A DNA stretch of 64,000 nucleotides from an uncultured Bacteroidota bacterium (GCA_963767125.1 CAVYDB010000002.1:71991-135990), one strand, 5' to 3'. Shown: positions 15,521-27,005, counted from the first letter of the stretch. Notes: a model not told the origin generated them from the sequence alone. Program-made: numbers and translations.

Positions 15521-16639
15521 TCAAAGGTTTGTCCATTTTATTCCATCCCATTGGGAAACGTAATTGGAGTCCAATTTGTTTGATACGAATACACTCACTA
15601 TCCCATATAGGTTATTATTGTAATTAGCCAACGAGAAAACCGAATTATTTATTCCTGAACCAACAGTAGACCATAATGTTCCATTCCATTGAACAATTCC
15701 TGAGCCGGTATTTCCATTATCACAAAACACCCCCGCAAAAAGATTATTGTTATATGAACCCAAAGCAAACGACTCATTCACTCCAGAACCTAAAGCTGAC
15801 CAATTTGTCCCATTCCATTCTGCTACTGAATTAGCAGAAATTCCACCTGCTACGCCAAAGTATCCTCCAGCGTAAAGATTACCATTGCATACTGTTAATG
15901 CTACAACTGGAAAATCATCAACAGAGTCATTAATTCCACTCCCGACTGTTGACCATATAGTATCATTCCATTTCGCAATGTTATTAACAGCAATATAGCC
16001 ATTAGCCCACGAAAATCCACCACAAGCATATAAAAATCCCTCATAAATAGCTAATGCATTTACTGTACCAGTTGCTCCAATTATGGTTAAACCATTGTCG
16101 ACCGACGACCATGTGGAACCATTCCATTTGGCAATTGAATTCACAGCATTCCCACTAACGTTGTAGAAATTACCACCAACATAGAGGTTTCCATTATATA
16201 CTGCCATGGTATTAAATACAACAGTACTATATAGGTAGGGAGACTGGAAACCACCTGGAATCGAATCCCATGTTGTGCCATCCCATTTCGCAAATTGGCT
16301 ATTCGAGTTGCTATTTCCAATAGTAAACTCTCCGGCAGCTATAAGATTACCATTATATACCGCTAATGCAGTGACATTTCCATTCAATCCTAAACCCAAT
16401 GCAGACCATGATGTTCCATTCCATTCTACAATGCTATTGCACGGTGTCCCATGAATATTTGAGAATTTGCCACCAACAACAAGGTTACCATTATAATCGA
16501 TTAATGCGTTCATAAGTGGACCGGATTTTACAGGTGTAGCAATTTTTGGCGTTACTGTTACAGTTTTTTTATCACACGCAATTATGTAAGCACACACTAT
16601 TACAAACATGAGAATTCGAATCAATCTGAAGTATTTCAT
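15521..16639 (-). CDS. Secreted or lipoprotein repeat protein (beta-propeller-like 'WNGT.WS.LG.G.N' repeats)
   Basis: I take the start at ATG 16639 ('MKYFRLIRILMFVIVCAYIIAC', lipoprotein-like signal). About 7 repeats of 'A.WNGT.WS..G.G.N..V.AL..YNGNLY.GG.F' follow. Confidence 0.6.
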   Translation of the reverse strand: MKYFRLIRILMFVIVCAYIIACDKKTVTVTPKIATPVKSGPLMNALIDYNGNLVVGGKFSNIHGTPCNSIVEWNGTSWSALGLGLNGNVTALAVYNGNLIAAGEFTIGNSNSNSQFAKWDGTTWDSIPGGFQSPYLYSTVVFNTMAVYNGNLYVGGNFYNVSGNAVNSIAKWNGSTWSSVDNGLTIIGATGTVNALAIYEGFLYACGGFSWANGYIAVNNIAKWNDTIWSTVGSGINDSVDDFPVVALTVCNGNLYAGGYFGVAGGISANSVAEWNGTNWSALGSGVNESFALGSYNNNLFAGVFCDNGNTGSGIVQWNGTLWSTVGSGINNSVFSLANYNNNLYGIVSVFVSNKLDSNYVSQWDGIKWTNL

Positions 16640-16879
16640 AAACACGCTCTCGCCATATCTTAGCAATTATAGTCATTTTTTTGTACTTCATAGCCACTAT
16701 CTTGCAATAACCATTTAAGCTGCACATAATGCTTTTCCCCCTTTTCATCACTACCGCCCTTCCCTTTCCCCCCATTCAACTATCAATTACCCCATCTTAA
16801 CGAATAAGAAGAAATAATGCCATTCCCCGGGCTAACTTCGTATAGATAAAAGATAGAAATGTAGTTAAATACACACATT

Positions 16880-18547
16880 ATGCCACGGACTAAATTAAGT
16901 AAGAAAAATGTGGAAGCTCCGGCAGAAATTAAGAAGGTAGAAGTAAGATTGCTCCGGGTTACTGATTATTTAGGGCTTTTTGATTCTATGAAAGAAGCCT
17001 ATAAGAATTGGCATGGTACATTATGGCCCGAGAAAACGATAGAGCGGCTGATAGAGGTATTTCCCGAAGGGCAAATTGTAGTGCTTGTAAATGAGAGAGT
17101 AGTTGGAGTAGCCCTTTCCATCATTGTGAATTATGAAGATTTTGGAGACGAGCATACCTATAAAGAAATTACAGGCAATTATACCTTCGATACTCATAAT
17201 CCGGATGGAGATGTGTTATATGGAATAGAGGTTTTTGTGCATCCCGATTACCGTGGACTAAGGCTCGCAAGGCGCTTGTACGATGCCCGCAAAGACCTCT
17301 GCGTAAAATTGAATTTGAAAGCTATTGTATTTGGCGGAAGGATACCCAATTTTAAAGAACACTCTGTCAAATTAAACCCCCGCCAGTATATTGAAAAAGT
17401 AAAAACCAAGGAAATATATGACCCGGTGCTGTCTTTTCAACTGTCTAATGAATTTCATGTGGTTAAACTATTGAATGATTATATGCCTCATGATGAGGAA
17501 TCGAAAGCTTATGCAACACTAATGGAATGGAACAATGTGCTGTATGAAAAACAAACCAAACACCCTCAGCAAAAAAAGAGTTCTGTGCGGGTAGGTTTGG
17601 TACAGTGGCAAATGCGCTCCTTTAAAACGTTTGAAATGCTCTGCGAACAAATCGAATTCTTTATAGATTCGGTCGCCGGATATAAATCTGATTTTATTTT
17701 GTTTCCGGAATTATTTAATGCCCCGCTGATGGCTGAATTTAACCACCAGAGCCAGGCAGAAGCCATACGTAGCCTTACCCAATATACAGAGCCGTTGCGC
17801 GATATATTCAGCAAGTACGCCGTTACCTTCAATATCAATATTATTACCGGGAGTATGCCTGTTCTTTTTGACGGGAAACTTTATAATGTAGGCTACCTGT
17901 GCAGAAGAGACGGTTCTATTGAAAGTTACATAAAAATACATGTGACACCCAACGAAGTAAACGCCTGGGGAATAGTAGGCGGAAGTAAATTGAAAGTATT
18001 TGATACCGATGCCGGAAAAATTGGAATACTGGTGTGCTACGATGTGGAGTTTCCGGAACTTTCGAGGCTGCTTGCCTTGCAGGGTATGGAAATATTATTT
18101 GTGCCTTTCCTTACCGATACTCCTAACGCTTTTACACGGGTAAGGTCATGTGCAATGGCGAGAGCGATAGAAAACGAATGTTTTGTGGCTATTGCCGGAT
18201 GTGTGGGTAATTTGCCCAAAGTACATAACATGGATATACAATATGCCCAATCTTCTGTTTTCACCCCTGCTGATTTTGCTTTTCCAACTAATGGAATAAG
18301 AGCGGAAGCTACCCCAAATTCAGAGGCTGTAGTGATAGCCGACCTGGATCTTGATATGTTAAAAAAAATGCGCTCGCATGGCAGCGTGCGTAACCTGCTT
18401 GACCGGCGAACAGACCTATATGAATTAAAGCAGCTTATACCTGCCGGAAAATGGGATATTGTAAACCAGCCTACAAAACCAGGTGAAGCCAAAATATCCA
18501 TAGGACGGAATGGCGTAATTAATATTCACCATCCCGATAGCCCGTAA
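16880..18547 (+). CDS. Bifunctional GNAT acetyltransferase / carbon-nitrogen hydrolase (nitrilase superfamily) protein
   Basis: N-terminal GNAT motif 'VHPDYRGLRLARRLY'. The C-terminal half carries the E-K-C triad context: 'FPELFNAP', 'IKIHVTPNE' and 'ILVCYDVEFPE'. Confidence 0.8.
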   Translation: MPRTKLSKKNVEAPAEIKKVEVRLLRVTDYLGLFDSMKEAYKNWHGTLWPEKTIERLIEVFPEGQIVVLVNERVVGVALSIIVNYEDFGDEHTYKEITGNYTFDTHNPDGDVLYGIEVFVHPDYRGLRLARRLYDARKDLCVKLNLKAIVFGGRIPNFKEHSVKLNPRQYIEKVKTKEIYDPVLSFQLSNEFHVVKLLNDYMPHDEESKAYATLMEWNNVLYEKQTKHPQQKKSSVRVGLVQWQMRSFKTFEMLCEQIEFFIDSVAGYKSDFILFPELFNAPLMAEFNHQSQAEAIRSLTQYTEPLRDIFSKYAVTFNINIITGSMPVLFDGKLYNVGYLCRRDGSIESYIKIHVTPNEVNAWGIVGGSKLKVFDTDAGKIGILVCYDVEFPELSRLLALQGMEILFVPFLTDTPNAFTRVRSCAMARAIENECFVAIAGCVGNLPKVHNMDIQYAQSSVFTPADFAFPTNGIRAEATPNSEAVVIADLDLDMLKKMRSHGSVRNLLDRRTDLYELKQLIPAGKWDIVNQPTKPGEAKISIGRNGVINIHHPDSP

Positions 18548-18900
18548 GGACTATAGTTCAGGCTGCCTATAATCAATAGTTTATAACTTTTTAGTCGCAT
18601 TTCAATCTGTAAATCTATAGCTTATCCCAAAAAACAGGTATTAAATTTGAATTGTAAACTTTACATTATATAATAGGAGTGTGACTTCTTACAGTCTAAA
18701 ATGGCTTGTAACTATAGGTAGTTATCAACATGGGGGGCATTTTGCATTCTGTATAATTTATAAAAGTGTAAAACTAAACGTTGTTTTTTCGAGGCAATTT
18801 AATCTATGGGGGATAAGTATAAAGCCGTCTTTTATCCAAGAATGTCGATACTTTCTTCCTGAAATATTTTTATTTTTGACCTGTCATTTAATAAAGGCTA

Positions 18901-19719
18901 ATGAAACCAAAGGCAATTATTCCATTAAGTTTATTTTTCTCCATTGGCTTACCAACTATTTATGCCCAATCAAAGACCAGCAAGGGTACTCAATCAGATA
19001 TAACCATCAGCCGCAATGTTTCAGCGACCCAATATAATCCTTCGGGAGAAGCGGTAGTAATAGTTACTATCACTATAAATAAAAATACTTCAAGAGGCAA
19101 GGCTATGCTGGAAGAAGACTTCTCAAGTGACCTGGAAGCAACAGTAATAAAAGGTGACGGGGCAGTATTTCAAACTAAAAATGGCGAAGCAGATTTTGAA
19201 TGGGTTAATATTCCCCTGGATAAGGATGTGACTATTTCTTACCAACTGAAAGCAGTAAAAAAGACAACTGATGACCAAGCCGTTTTTGGGAAATTTTCGT
19301 ACCAAAATCATACCTATGCCATAAGCCCCTCTTCCTTTTCGTTAAAAATTGTTTCGGGAGCAACCAAGCCTCGGCCTATGTCCAAGGATTCTGTAATTTC
19401 CGCCAATACAATACCTTCTCATACGGCTTCTCCGTCAAAGCCCGGGGAGCTAATTTACCGTATCCAGCTTGCAGCGGTTCCCGATAAATTGAAAGCACAG
19501 GAATTGTTGAAAGAATATAAAATTACAGATGAGCCTTACCTGGAAACGGTTAATGCATCCACCATGCGCTTGATGATAGGTAGCTATTCAAACTTCAGTT
19601 CAGCTAAAGCTAAGATAGATGAATTAAGAAGTAAGGGAGTAACGGGGGCTTTTGTTGTACCTTACTATAAAGGGAAAAGGACCAACCTACAGGATGCTGC
19701 AATGCACACCCAGCAGTAG
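18901..19719 (+). CDS. Secreted protein with a C-terminal SPOR (peptidoglycan-binding) domain
   Basis: Has a signal peptide. The C-terminus 'YRIQLAAVPDKLKAQELL...MIGSYSNFSSAKAKIDELRSKGVTGAFVVPY' fits the SPOR pattern. Confidence 0.6.
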   Translation: MKPKAIIPLSLFFSIGLPTIYAQSKTSKGTQSDITISRNVSATQYNPSGEAVVIVTITINKNTSRGKAMLEEDFSSDLEATVIKGDGAVFQTKNGEADFEWVNIPLDKDVTISYQLKAVKKTTDDQAVFGKFSYQNHTYAISPSSFSLKIVSGATKPRPMSKDSVISANTIPSHTASPSKPGELIYRIQLAAVPDKLKAQELLKEYKITDEPYLETVNASTMRLMIGSYSNFSSAKAKIDELRSKGVTGAFVVPYYKGKRTNLQDAAMHTQQ

Positions 19720-19734
19720 TGGAAAAAAGGAATA

Positions 19735-21531
19735 TTAATTTCCTGCAGCCACTCCGTTTTCGTATTTCACTTTTCTCTGAATGTTCCCGTTTTTATCATA
19801 AAAAATCCATTCCCCGGAAGGAAGGCTGCGAAGTGAGCCGTTTTTTTCTTTTTCTACAGAATAATCTGTACTACTTTCCATTTTAGCATTTGGGAAATAA
19901 GAGGTACATTTTCCCGAAAGCAACCCATTAGTAAGGGTCTGGTCTTCCATCAGCACGCCACTCTCATAATAAAAACTCCAGTGACCATCTGGTTTATCCC
20001 GGCTATAATTTCCTTCCTGAACCTTGATGCCTGAGGGTTGTAGAAAAATCCAATGTCCCTCTTTTAAATCCTTACTGAAGTCGCCTTCATCTTGCAAAGC
20101 GCCATTGTCATACCAATACTTCCAATGTCCTTGTTTTAAATTATTATTGCGGTTGCCTTCGTATTTAAGTTTACCATTTTCCGACCAACCTTTCCAATCT
20201 CCTTCCATACTTCCGGCTTTATATCCGCCCTCATCTTTTTCCTGTCCGTTTTCATAGTAAGATTTCCAGGTTCCTTCTTCCAAATCGTTCAAATAATTCC
20301 CCTGTTCGCTAACCTGTTTTCCGGGATACCAAATAGTACAGAGTCCATTTCGTAAATTACTTTTATAGTAACATTCTTTCAGTTTGGCGCTACTGCTGTC
20401 GTAATAGTAAGTCCATAGGCTATCTTGCTCATCATTTTTAAAATATCCCTTTACAGTAGTATCGCCCGTAGTTTCAAAGTATATCCAAAATCCCTCTCTC
20501 TTTTTATTGTGCATATCGCCGGACAATTTCAATTTGCCATTTTCAAAATACCAATCCCAGTGACCTTCTTTTTCACCATTGGTGAAATTTCCTTTTGATT
20601 TTATCTTATTCCCTCTGTACCACGAGGTATAGGGGCCATTTTGTTTTCCGCCCGAATAAGTCGTTTCATTATCCCCGCTTCCATCCGGGAAATTATATTT
20701 CCACAATCCGTCTTTCAAGCCATTTACATATTTCCCGTTGGCCTGAACAGCCCCGCCGGGGTAATAAAGAGTAATAGAACCATTGCCGCCTGAAACAGTT
20801 TGCTTACCTTCGGGTGTATAGTATTCTTCCATATAAACGAGTGTGTCGGAATGTGTGACGATATCTTTTAGTTTCCCATTTTCATACCACTCGTGCCATT
20901 TGCCCGTTTCTTTGTCGTCATGGAAATCTCCTTCACTTTCCTTATTTCCGTTTTCGTACCACGATGTATAATGTCCTTCTTTTTTATCCTGCGTAAATGT
21001 TCCCCGGTTTTTAGTTTTCCCGTTATTGTAATAATAAGTCCAGAGACCTTCTTTCTTCCCCTTTTGAAAAGGGGTTATGCTGGTGAGAACGCCGGTGCTA
21101 TCCCACGATTTCCAAATGCCATCTTTTATATTCTCTTTAAAAGAATTAATCAGGGCGGTATCCCCATCCAAATAGAAAAGAATAAAAGTTCCGTTGGCTT
21201 TGCCGGATTGGTAATGCTTAATGGATTTTATTTTCCCGTTTTTGAAAAAATATTTCCAAACACTGTCTTTTTCACCTTTCTTAAAAAAACCTGATTGGTC
21301 CAATTGGCCGTTTTCATACCATAACTTAGAGGAGCCATGTTGCATCCCATTCAGATAATTGATTTCACTTTTTTTTATACCTGCTGCGCTATCCCAATAT
21401 TCTATTACAGGTTGAGAGAATGAAGAAAAATAAAGGAAGAGAAAACCAACGAATAGTAGTTTCTCCAAGCCCGAAACTATGAAAGGGGATCTTACCATCT
21501 TATTCATATCGCAATGCTTCAATCGGGTCAA
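19735..21531 (-). CDS. MORN-variant (YwqK-like) repeat protein
   Basis: Many tandem 'G.K.G.W..WYENGK...EG.Y..D...G.W' repeats. The exact start is uncertain (several Met codons between 21498 and 21531). Confidence 0.7.
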   Translation of the reverse strand: MTRLKHCDMNKMVRSPFIVSGLEKLLFVGFLFLYFSSFSQPVIEYWDSAAGIKKSEINYLNGMQHGSSKLWYENGQLDQSGFFKKGEKDSVWKYFFKNGKIKSIKHYQSGKANGTFILFYLDGDTALINSFKENIKDGIWKSWDSTGVLTSITPFQKGKKEGLWTYYYNNGKTKNRGTFTQDKKEGHYTSWYENGNKESEGDFHDDKETGKWHEWYENGKLKDIVTHSDTLVYMEEYYTPEGKQTVSGGNGSITLYYPGGAVQANGKYVNGLKDGLWKYNFPDGSGDNETTYSGGKQNGPYTSWYRGNKIKSKGNFTNGEKEGHWDWYFENGKLKLSGDMHNKKREGFWIYFETTGDTTVKGYFKNDEQDSLWTYYYDSSSAKLKECYYKSNLRNGLCTIWYPGKQVSEQGNYLNDLEEGTWKSYYENGQEKDEGGYKAGSMEGDWKGWSENGKLKYEGNRNNNLKQGHWKYWYDNGALQDEGDFSKDLKEGHWIFLQPSGIKVQEGNYSRDKPDGHWSFYYESGVLMEDQTLTNGLLSGKCTSYFPNAKMESSTDYSVEKEKNGSLRSLPSGEWIFYDKNGNIQRKVKYENGVAAGN

Positions 21532-22777
21532 GCCTCGATGCTTTTATGGCGGGATATAATCCGGAAGCTACCCCTACAATAAGGCAAATGGCTACGGCGG
21601 ATATAATCCACAGCCAGGGTACAATAAATCCAATTCCGAAAAAGAAGGCCATTATATTTCCTATAACTAATCCAAGCAAGATACCAAGTAAGCCACCCAT
21701 TTGAGAAATTACAATAGCTTCAATCAGGAACTGGTTTCTTATAATTGCCCTATTTGCGCCCATAGATTTGCGGATGCCTATCTCCATAGTCCGCTCGGTT
21801 ACCGATACAAGCATAATATTCATTAAGCCTATGGCTGCCCCAAGCAAGGTAATCAACCCTATTACTGTGGCTCCAAGAGTAAGGGTGGACATTTTGCTGA
21901 TAAGCACATTGGAGAGGTCGTCGCTTTTCAGAATACCGAAATCTTCATCGTCGCCTATTTTATCCCGCCGAATAACTCGAAATGTTCCTTTAGCTTCGCT
22001 AATAGCAGCATCTATCAGGTTGGGATTGTGTACAAATACGCTTATAGTGAAGGTCATATCACCCACATCTATTAAATGAGAATAGGACCTTACAATTTGA
22101 ATAGGTAATAAAGCTACCCTGTCTCCTCCAAATCCAAAACTATTTCCTTTCGATTGGAGCACCCCAATTATTCTATATTCCCCAACCTCTCCTATAGTTA
22201 TCAACTTATCAATAGGGTCTTCGTGGTTCTTAAATAAACTTTTCACAATATCCTGTCCTACAATAATTACCCTTCTTCCATCTGAAATTTCTTCGGGAGA
22301 AAAATTTCTACCCTCACTTAACTGATAACCTGATGTGGAAATAAAATTTTGGTCGGTGCCATCTATTTCGATATTTGGATCGGTTTTTTCGTTTTGATAT
22401 TTCAGGGTTGCAATGTCTGAAGCATCGTTGGTAATGGATACATCGGCAGGAAACGTAAATTGTTGGGCAAAGGCTGTAGCTTCTTCATACGATATGTTTC
22501 TATACACTTTAGGGCGCTTGCCCTTATGCCCTATTCTTATATTGGCATCCCTGTTACGAATAGCAAAAGTATTGGCTCCCATCATGGAAAAGTTGCTGTT
22601 GATAGCCTGTTTCATCGCATCAATAGAGGTGAGGATACCTACCAGTGCAGTAATACCTATGGCAATGATAATGATGGTGAGAATAGTCCGCAACAGTTGA
22701 CCCGCAATGGACGAGAAGGCAATACCGAGGTTTGTTTTAAAAAGTCCGGACTTCATACAGGGTTTTGTTCCCTGCAA
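21500..22777 (-). CDS. ABC transporter permease, MacB/FtsX family
   Basis: An N-terminal TM segment, a large periplasmic domain and a C-terminal FtsX 4-TM region ('[15 protein letters not shown]'). The start may be ATG 22756. Confidence 0.8.
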   Translation of the reverse strand: MQGTKPCMKSGLFKTNLGIAFSSIAGQLLRTILTIIIIAIGITALVGILTSIDAMKQAINSNFSMMGANTFAIRNRDANIRIGHKGKRPKVYRNISYEEATAFAQQFTFPADVSITNDASDIATLKYQNEKTDPNIEIDGTDQNFISTSGYQLSEGRNFSPEEISDGRRVIIVGQDIVKSLFKNHEDPIDKLITIGEVGEYRIIGVLQSKGNSFGFGGDRVALLPIQIVRSYSHLIDVGDMTFTISVFVHNPNLIDAAISEAKGTFRVIRRDKIGDDEDFGILKSDDLSNVLISKMSTLTLGATVIGLITLLGAAIGLMNIMLVSVTERTMEIGIRKSMGANRAIIRNQFLIEAIVISQMGGLLGILLGLVIGNIMAFFFGIGFIVPWLWIISAVAICLIVGVASGLYPAIKASRLDPIEALRYE

Positions 22778-22802
22778 ATATAATCTCTTTTATGTTTGTC
22801 TA

Positions 22803-23318
22803 TTACTGGGGTCCGGGTTCGTCATCGCCCCGGTCTCTTCCACCTTGTTCACGACGCTTTTTAAGCTGATTTAAAAGATAGCGTTTAAATTCATCTTCTG
22901 CAATGAAAAACTTTGCCACCTTGCGTACCGGAATAGCTTGCTGGAATTTTACCACATACTGTTTGCGTAACTCCAATTCACGGGTTTCAAGATCAGTTTC
23001 GTCGGCAATAAGTTTTTGTACATCAGCATCGCTCATATTATCTATCCCATCTACTTTTTTTACCGCTTGTATATTACCCTGGCGTTGTTTTCTCAGTTCA
23101 TCCTGGCCGGCTTTATATTGATTGTAAATAGGCCAGAATTTTTCAGCCTCTCCTGAAGTTAAATTTAACCGTTGGGAAAGATAAGCAATGTGCATGGTTT
23201 CAATTTTATCTTTTCTGTCTTGCCTGCCCTGGGAAAAAACAACAACCGGCAGGAACGTTAGGGAAAGCAATAAAAATTGTATGATGAGTTTTGATTTCAT
23301 GGGTTTAAGTTCATTCAT
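22803..23318 (-). CDS. Periplasmic Spy/CpxP-like helical protein (third gene of the ECF sigma operon)
   Basis: Signal peptide, then 'LNLTSGEAEKFWPIYNQY' (LTxxQ-like) and a charged helical sequence. It overlaps the upstream anti-sigma gene by 8 nt. Confidence 0.5.
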   Translation of the reverse strand: MNELKPMKSKLIIQFLLLSLTFLPVVVFSQGRQDRKDKIETMHIAYLSQRLNLTSGEAEKFWPIYNQYKAGQDELRKQRQGNIQAVKKVDGIDNMSDADVQKLIADETDLETRELELRKQYVVKFQQAIPVRKVAKFFIAEDEFKRYLLNQLKKRREQGGRDRGDDEPGPQ

Positions 23319-23832
23319 TTTCTATATCAGAAACATTTATGTTGTGGTCAACAAGATAACCTATAATATCCTGGTCGGTATTAGCCGAATCAGATACACT
23401 TTTAACCGGTGCAGAAACATTTTCCGATTCCTGCAAATCCTCCAATGTAGATTCGTTTATAGCATTAATATTCATAGCCAGGTGTTCCACAATCAGGCTA
23501 TCCGGTATTGTTTCAGCCATTGCTTCATAAGAAACAGGGCGGTCATTTATGCGGCTTATGAAGAAACCAAGTAGAGCCACACAACCCGTTATTGTCAAAA
23601 GCCTCCACTTATAACCCAAAACAAACAATTTAAGATTTATGATATACGATTTCCCGGGGAATGGTTTCAACCCATTCTCTACTTCCCTGCATTTTTCCAG
23701 TATCTCCGAAGGTAGGCTGTCAAAATAATCTGCGGGTACAGAAAACGGGTTTTCCTTTGAAATGGAATGGAGTAGGGGGGCCTCTTTTTCTAAAAATTCT
23801 TCGTCGTGTACTATGTCTTGTTTCTTGCTCAT
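23311..23832 (-). CDS. Putative anti-sigma factor (single-pass membrane protein)
   Basis: 173 aa with one central TM segment ('WRLLTITGCVALLGFFI'), immediately downstream of an ECF sigma gene. Confidence 0.5.
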   Translation of the reverse strand: MSKKQDIVHDEEFLEKEAPLLHSISKENPFSVPADYFDSLPSEILEKCREVENGLKPFPGKSYIINLKLFVLGYKWRLLTITGCVALLGFFISRINDRPVSYEAMAETIPDSLIVEHLAMNINAINESTLEDLQESENVSAPVKSVSDSANTDQDIIGYLVDHNINVSDIENE

Positions 23833-23865
23833 AACAGTCTTTTGACGCCTCTAAGGTAGCGAAGT

Positions 23866-24417
23866 TTAATTATTCTTTAAAAAAGCCTCTATTTTCTTCA
23901 CCGCATGATGATATGATGCCTTCAATGCCCCTACAGATGTATCAAGCACTTGCGACATTTGTTCATACTTAATATTGTCGTAGTATTTCATGTTAAACAC
24001 TATGCGTTGCTTATCGGGCAGGGTGAGGATAGCCTTTTGCAGCTTTTTCTGTATTGCATCGCCGCTGAAATAGGCATCATCCTCTAACTTGCGCGACAGG
24101 GAACGTGAAACACTATCAAATGGCACATACAGATTTGCCCTTTTCTGTTTCAGGAAGGTGAGAGATTCATTGGTGGCTATTCGGTAGAGCCATGTATAAA
24201 GGCTCGATGCCTCTTTAAAACTATCCAGGTTTTTCCAGACCTTTAGAAATACATTTTGAACAACGTCATTTGCATCGTCGTGGTCAACAATGATGCGGCG
24301 TACCTGCCAGTAAACCCGCTTTTGGTATTTGGTAACAAGGATATGGAAAGCATGGTTCCGGGTACTCTCTATACGGAACTGCTCTAATATATCGCTATCG
24401 CTTATTTCATCTGACAT
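23866..24417 (-). CDS. RNA polymerase ECF-type sigma-70 factor
   Basis: Region 2 'DANDVVQNVFLKVW...YTWLYRIATN' and region 4 'LPDKQRIVFNMKYYDNIKYEQMSQVLDTSVGALKASYHHAVKKI'. Confidence 0.85.
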   Translation of the reverse strand: MSDEISDSDILEQFRIESTRNHAFHILVTKYQKRVYWQVRRIIVDHDDANDVVQNVFLKVWKNLDSFKEASSLYTWLYRIATNESLTFLKQKRANLYVPFDSVSRSLSRKLEDDAYFSGDAIQKKLQKAILTLPDKQRIVFNMKYYDNIKYEQMSQVLDTSVGALKASYHHAVKKIEAFLKNN

Positions 24418-24788
24418 AGTTCCCAGGGGTATGGGATAAGGAGTAAGTGGTAAGTAATATTACCAGTTTTTGACTATCTGTCATTTACTCTTTACCTCGC
24501 ATCATTTATCCCTAAAATTTTGGGTTAAATAAGAGATGTTACATGAAGATAGGATGAACTGAAAAAAAACGGCATAAAACGGCTATTGCTCCCATAGCTA
24601 AGTAATTGGTTGCCAGTTTGTATCCCGCCAGCCGTTGTCCCCATTGGGTTTCAGAGGGGGTGATTATGCGAGCAAAGATTAATGAAAAATGGGGTGGTTT
24701 GTGAGAGTATTGGGGGAGAAATGAATAGATAAATAGGGATGCTATATGGATAGGGTGGGGGCTATGAGGTATTTTCTATAGATAAAAT

Positions 24789-27005
24789 TTATGGTATCGT
24801 ATAAATAGTATATGTTACTCCAGCATACACTCCGAATGAAAATTTAGTATATGTTGGTACAGCAGTAAGTCCGGCAGGAATAATAGAATTTGGTGTTCGT
24901 CCATTAGAAGAAACATCAGATGATAGAAGGGTTTGGTTCCCAAAACAAGTACCAATTGAAAAACAAAATTGTTTTAGTTTCCCTGCAATTAAGCAACCTC
25001 CAGCCATATACTGGGTGGTAGCATCTAGGAATGATAGCGATACTCCCAATGAGACACCGACTTTTAAACCAGGGTTAATTCTAGAAGTTATATTCATTAA
25101 AGCACCTATTGCTAAATTACAAGGAATAACATGATTAACACCGATGCTTCCAGGTGTAGTGGTAGTAGTAGTACCCGTAGTAGTAGTGGTATTAGTATTA
25201 CTGGTAGTAGTAACTGTATTTGTACTAGTAGTAGTAACTGTGTTAGTTGTGGTGGTGGTGTTAGTTATCGTGTTCGTAATAGTATTAGTGTTCGTAACTG
25301 TATTAGCAATAGGCGTAGGCGCAGGAATCAAGTAATACGTTTTACTATAAAGACTGTTCCAAAAAAAGCCGGTAGTAAAATCAAATTTTATGCTTTTACA
25401 TTTAGGACCTTCACAATTATAAAATGGTGTCTTGAATTTTAAAGTATCTTTTCCAATCTGGTCAACTATATTAACATATAATTCAGTTACGTCAGTGAGA
25501 TTAATAAAGGTAGGTGATTGTATCTTAACATCGGTTTTATCTACAGAATAAACGAAAGATATAACTTTGGAAAGTGTATCTATATTTTTTTCAACAAATT
25601 GGTTACAAAATTCTAGTTTCATTAAATATGTTTCCAGTTCATTATCAGACCCTAAGGGTTTTAGCGCTTTCATCCAAATAAGAAAGGTTGAATACCGAGC
25701 AAAGAAATCACGTACATAATAAGTTGAGTGTGCAATGGCTGAATCCTTATTGTGAACATTGGATGGTAACGCCAATGTTTTCTCCATTTCTTGTTTAACT
25801 ATACTCGCCTCCTTTTTGCATGCTACGTTCTTGTTTTTATTTAAAAAAATATAATTCACTAAGAAAGTTGACTCCCTTCCAATGTCAATCATACGCTGAT
25901 AATCGGATAGTGCTATTTCTGCATCTTGAAATGTCTTATCGCCGAAACTATAAATTAGCGATAATTCAGTATTATAATCAATATTTTTTTTGTAATAATC
26001 TTTCAATTTAATAAATCCAGAAGCAACGGAATCTTTAAACTTTTCCTTCAATAAGAACGCCATATTTTTTGTGAAATCTGATTTTTTGTCCCTAATATCA
26101 TTCAAAATGAAATCTTCCGAAACCTGATTAAATTTTTGTTGAAGACTATATAATGAGTCTTCAGCTATATTGCATAAATAATCAATTGAAGAATCTCTTG
26201 ATTTATAAAGATTTAAAAGAGAATAATCAGAATCCACTAATATTAATAAGCGATAATCTAAAAGAGCTTCCTTGTGTTGAAAGGCTGTATCTATTTTTGT
26301 AATATTGCCTAACCCAGGATTGTAGGTTTTTATTTCTTGAAGTCTTTCTGTTGATAGAGGGGCATTATTATTAGTGGGTGCTGCCCCACTATTGGTGGTT
26401 GTTCCAGATATTGGCACGATAGGAAATAAGGTTGCTAATATAGGTGGGGTGGAACTCGTTAAAGAAATAGAATTCCACGAAAGCAATACTTTATATGTTA
26501 AGGTATTTATACTGTCAATTTCAAATTTATAATGTTCCGTATTTATCAGCTTATTCTTGCCAAGCAACACTAGCTTATTTGTAATTGTATCAAAACGGAG
26601 ATGAACCAACTTTACAGGATTGGAGATAAGATATATCTTATACCAATTCCCTTTGTGAATTGATACATCCTTTATAGACGATACACTTGTAGAGGAATCA
26701 TATTGTAGGAATAGTGTATCAGAAATATAATCACTGCTATTATAAGGAGGCAGGGAGTCAAACTTTTGAAATAAATTACCGGTAGTATTTGCAGATGAAT
26801 TACCCGATAGCCCGCTGCTACAGAGCCCAGTGTAGTTATATATCATTTTTTGTTTAATCATCAAGTCAGTATCCGCTTTCATTGTGACATTACTCTTTAT
26901 GTCCCACTCGGTACCGCTCCTGTATATATATTGGGAATAAGAAAATGGGCTAATTAGCAAGAAAGCCAAAATAAATAATAGGGTACTATTTCTATATGTT
27001 TTCAT
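24789..27005 (-). CDS. Large secreted/surface hypothetical protein with a Thr/Asn-rich linker and a beta-rich C-terminal domain
   Basis: 738 aa with a signal peptide. Contains about 55 aa of 'TNTITNTITNTTTTTNTVTTTS...TTTTTT'. The C-terminal ~130 aa is rich in Gly, Ser and aromatic residues and ends 'YTIYTIP'. Confidence 0.55.
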   Translation of the reverse strand: MKTYRNSTLLFILAFLLISPFSYSQYIYRSGTEWDIKSNVTMKADTDLMIKQKMIYNYTGLCSSGLSGNSSANTTGNLFQKFDSLPPYNSSDYISDTLFLQYDSSTSVSSIKDVSIHKGNWYKIYLISNPVKLVHLRFDTITNKLVLLGKNKLINTEHYKFEIDSINTLTYKVLLSWNSISLTSSTPPILATLFPIVPISGTTTNSGAAPTNNNAPLSTERLQEIKTYNPGLGNITKIDTAFQHKEALLDYRLLILVDSDYSLLNLYKSRDSSIDYLCNIAEDSLYSLQQKFNQVSEDFILNDIRDKKSDFTKNMAFLLKEKFKDSVASGFIKLKDYYKKNIDYNTELSLIYSFGDKTFQDAEIALSDYQRMIDIGRESTFLVNYIFLNKNKNVACKKEASIVKQEMEKTLALPSNVHNKDSAIAHSTYYVRDFFARYSTFLIWMKALKPLGSDNELETYLMKLEFCNQFVEKNIDTLSKVISFVYSVDKTDVKIQSPTFINLTDVTELYVNIVDQIGKDTLKFKTPFYNCEGPKCKSIKFDFTTGFFWNSLYSKTYYLIPAPTPIANTVTNTNTITNTITNTTTTTNTVTTTSTNTVTTTSNTNTTTTTGTTTTTTPGSIGVNHVIPCNLAIGALMNITSRINPGLKVGVSLGVSLSFLDATTQYMAGGCLIAGKLKQFCFSIGTCFGNQTLLSSDVSSNGRTPNSIIPAGLTAVPTYTKFSFGVYAGVTYTIYTIP
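25153..25315. repeat. Imperfect trinucleotide (GTA/GTG/GTT on the plus strand) tract encoding the Thr/Asn linker
   Basis: Seen directly: gtagtggtagtagtagtacccgtagtagtagtggtattagt... It also produces the Val-rich antisense shadow ORF at 25144-25335. Confidence 0.8.

Noticed and set aside
18681-19037. 118-aa GTG-start ORF upstream of and overlapping the SPOR-domain gene
   Set aside because: The composition is odd (rich in Cys, Phe, Ile and Tyr). It overlaps the well-formed signal peptide of 18901-19719 and has no motif support.
25144-25335. 63-aa Val-rich plus-strand ORF (and 25131-25442)
   Set aside because: It is an antisense shadow of the Thr/Asn-rich linker of the minus-strand gene 24789-27005. 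ACN codons read as NGT/GTN on the opposite strand.
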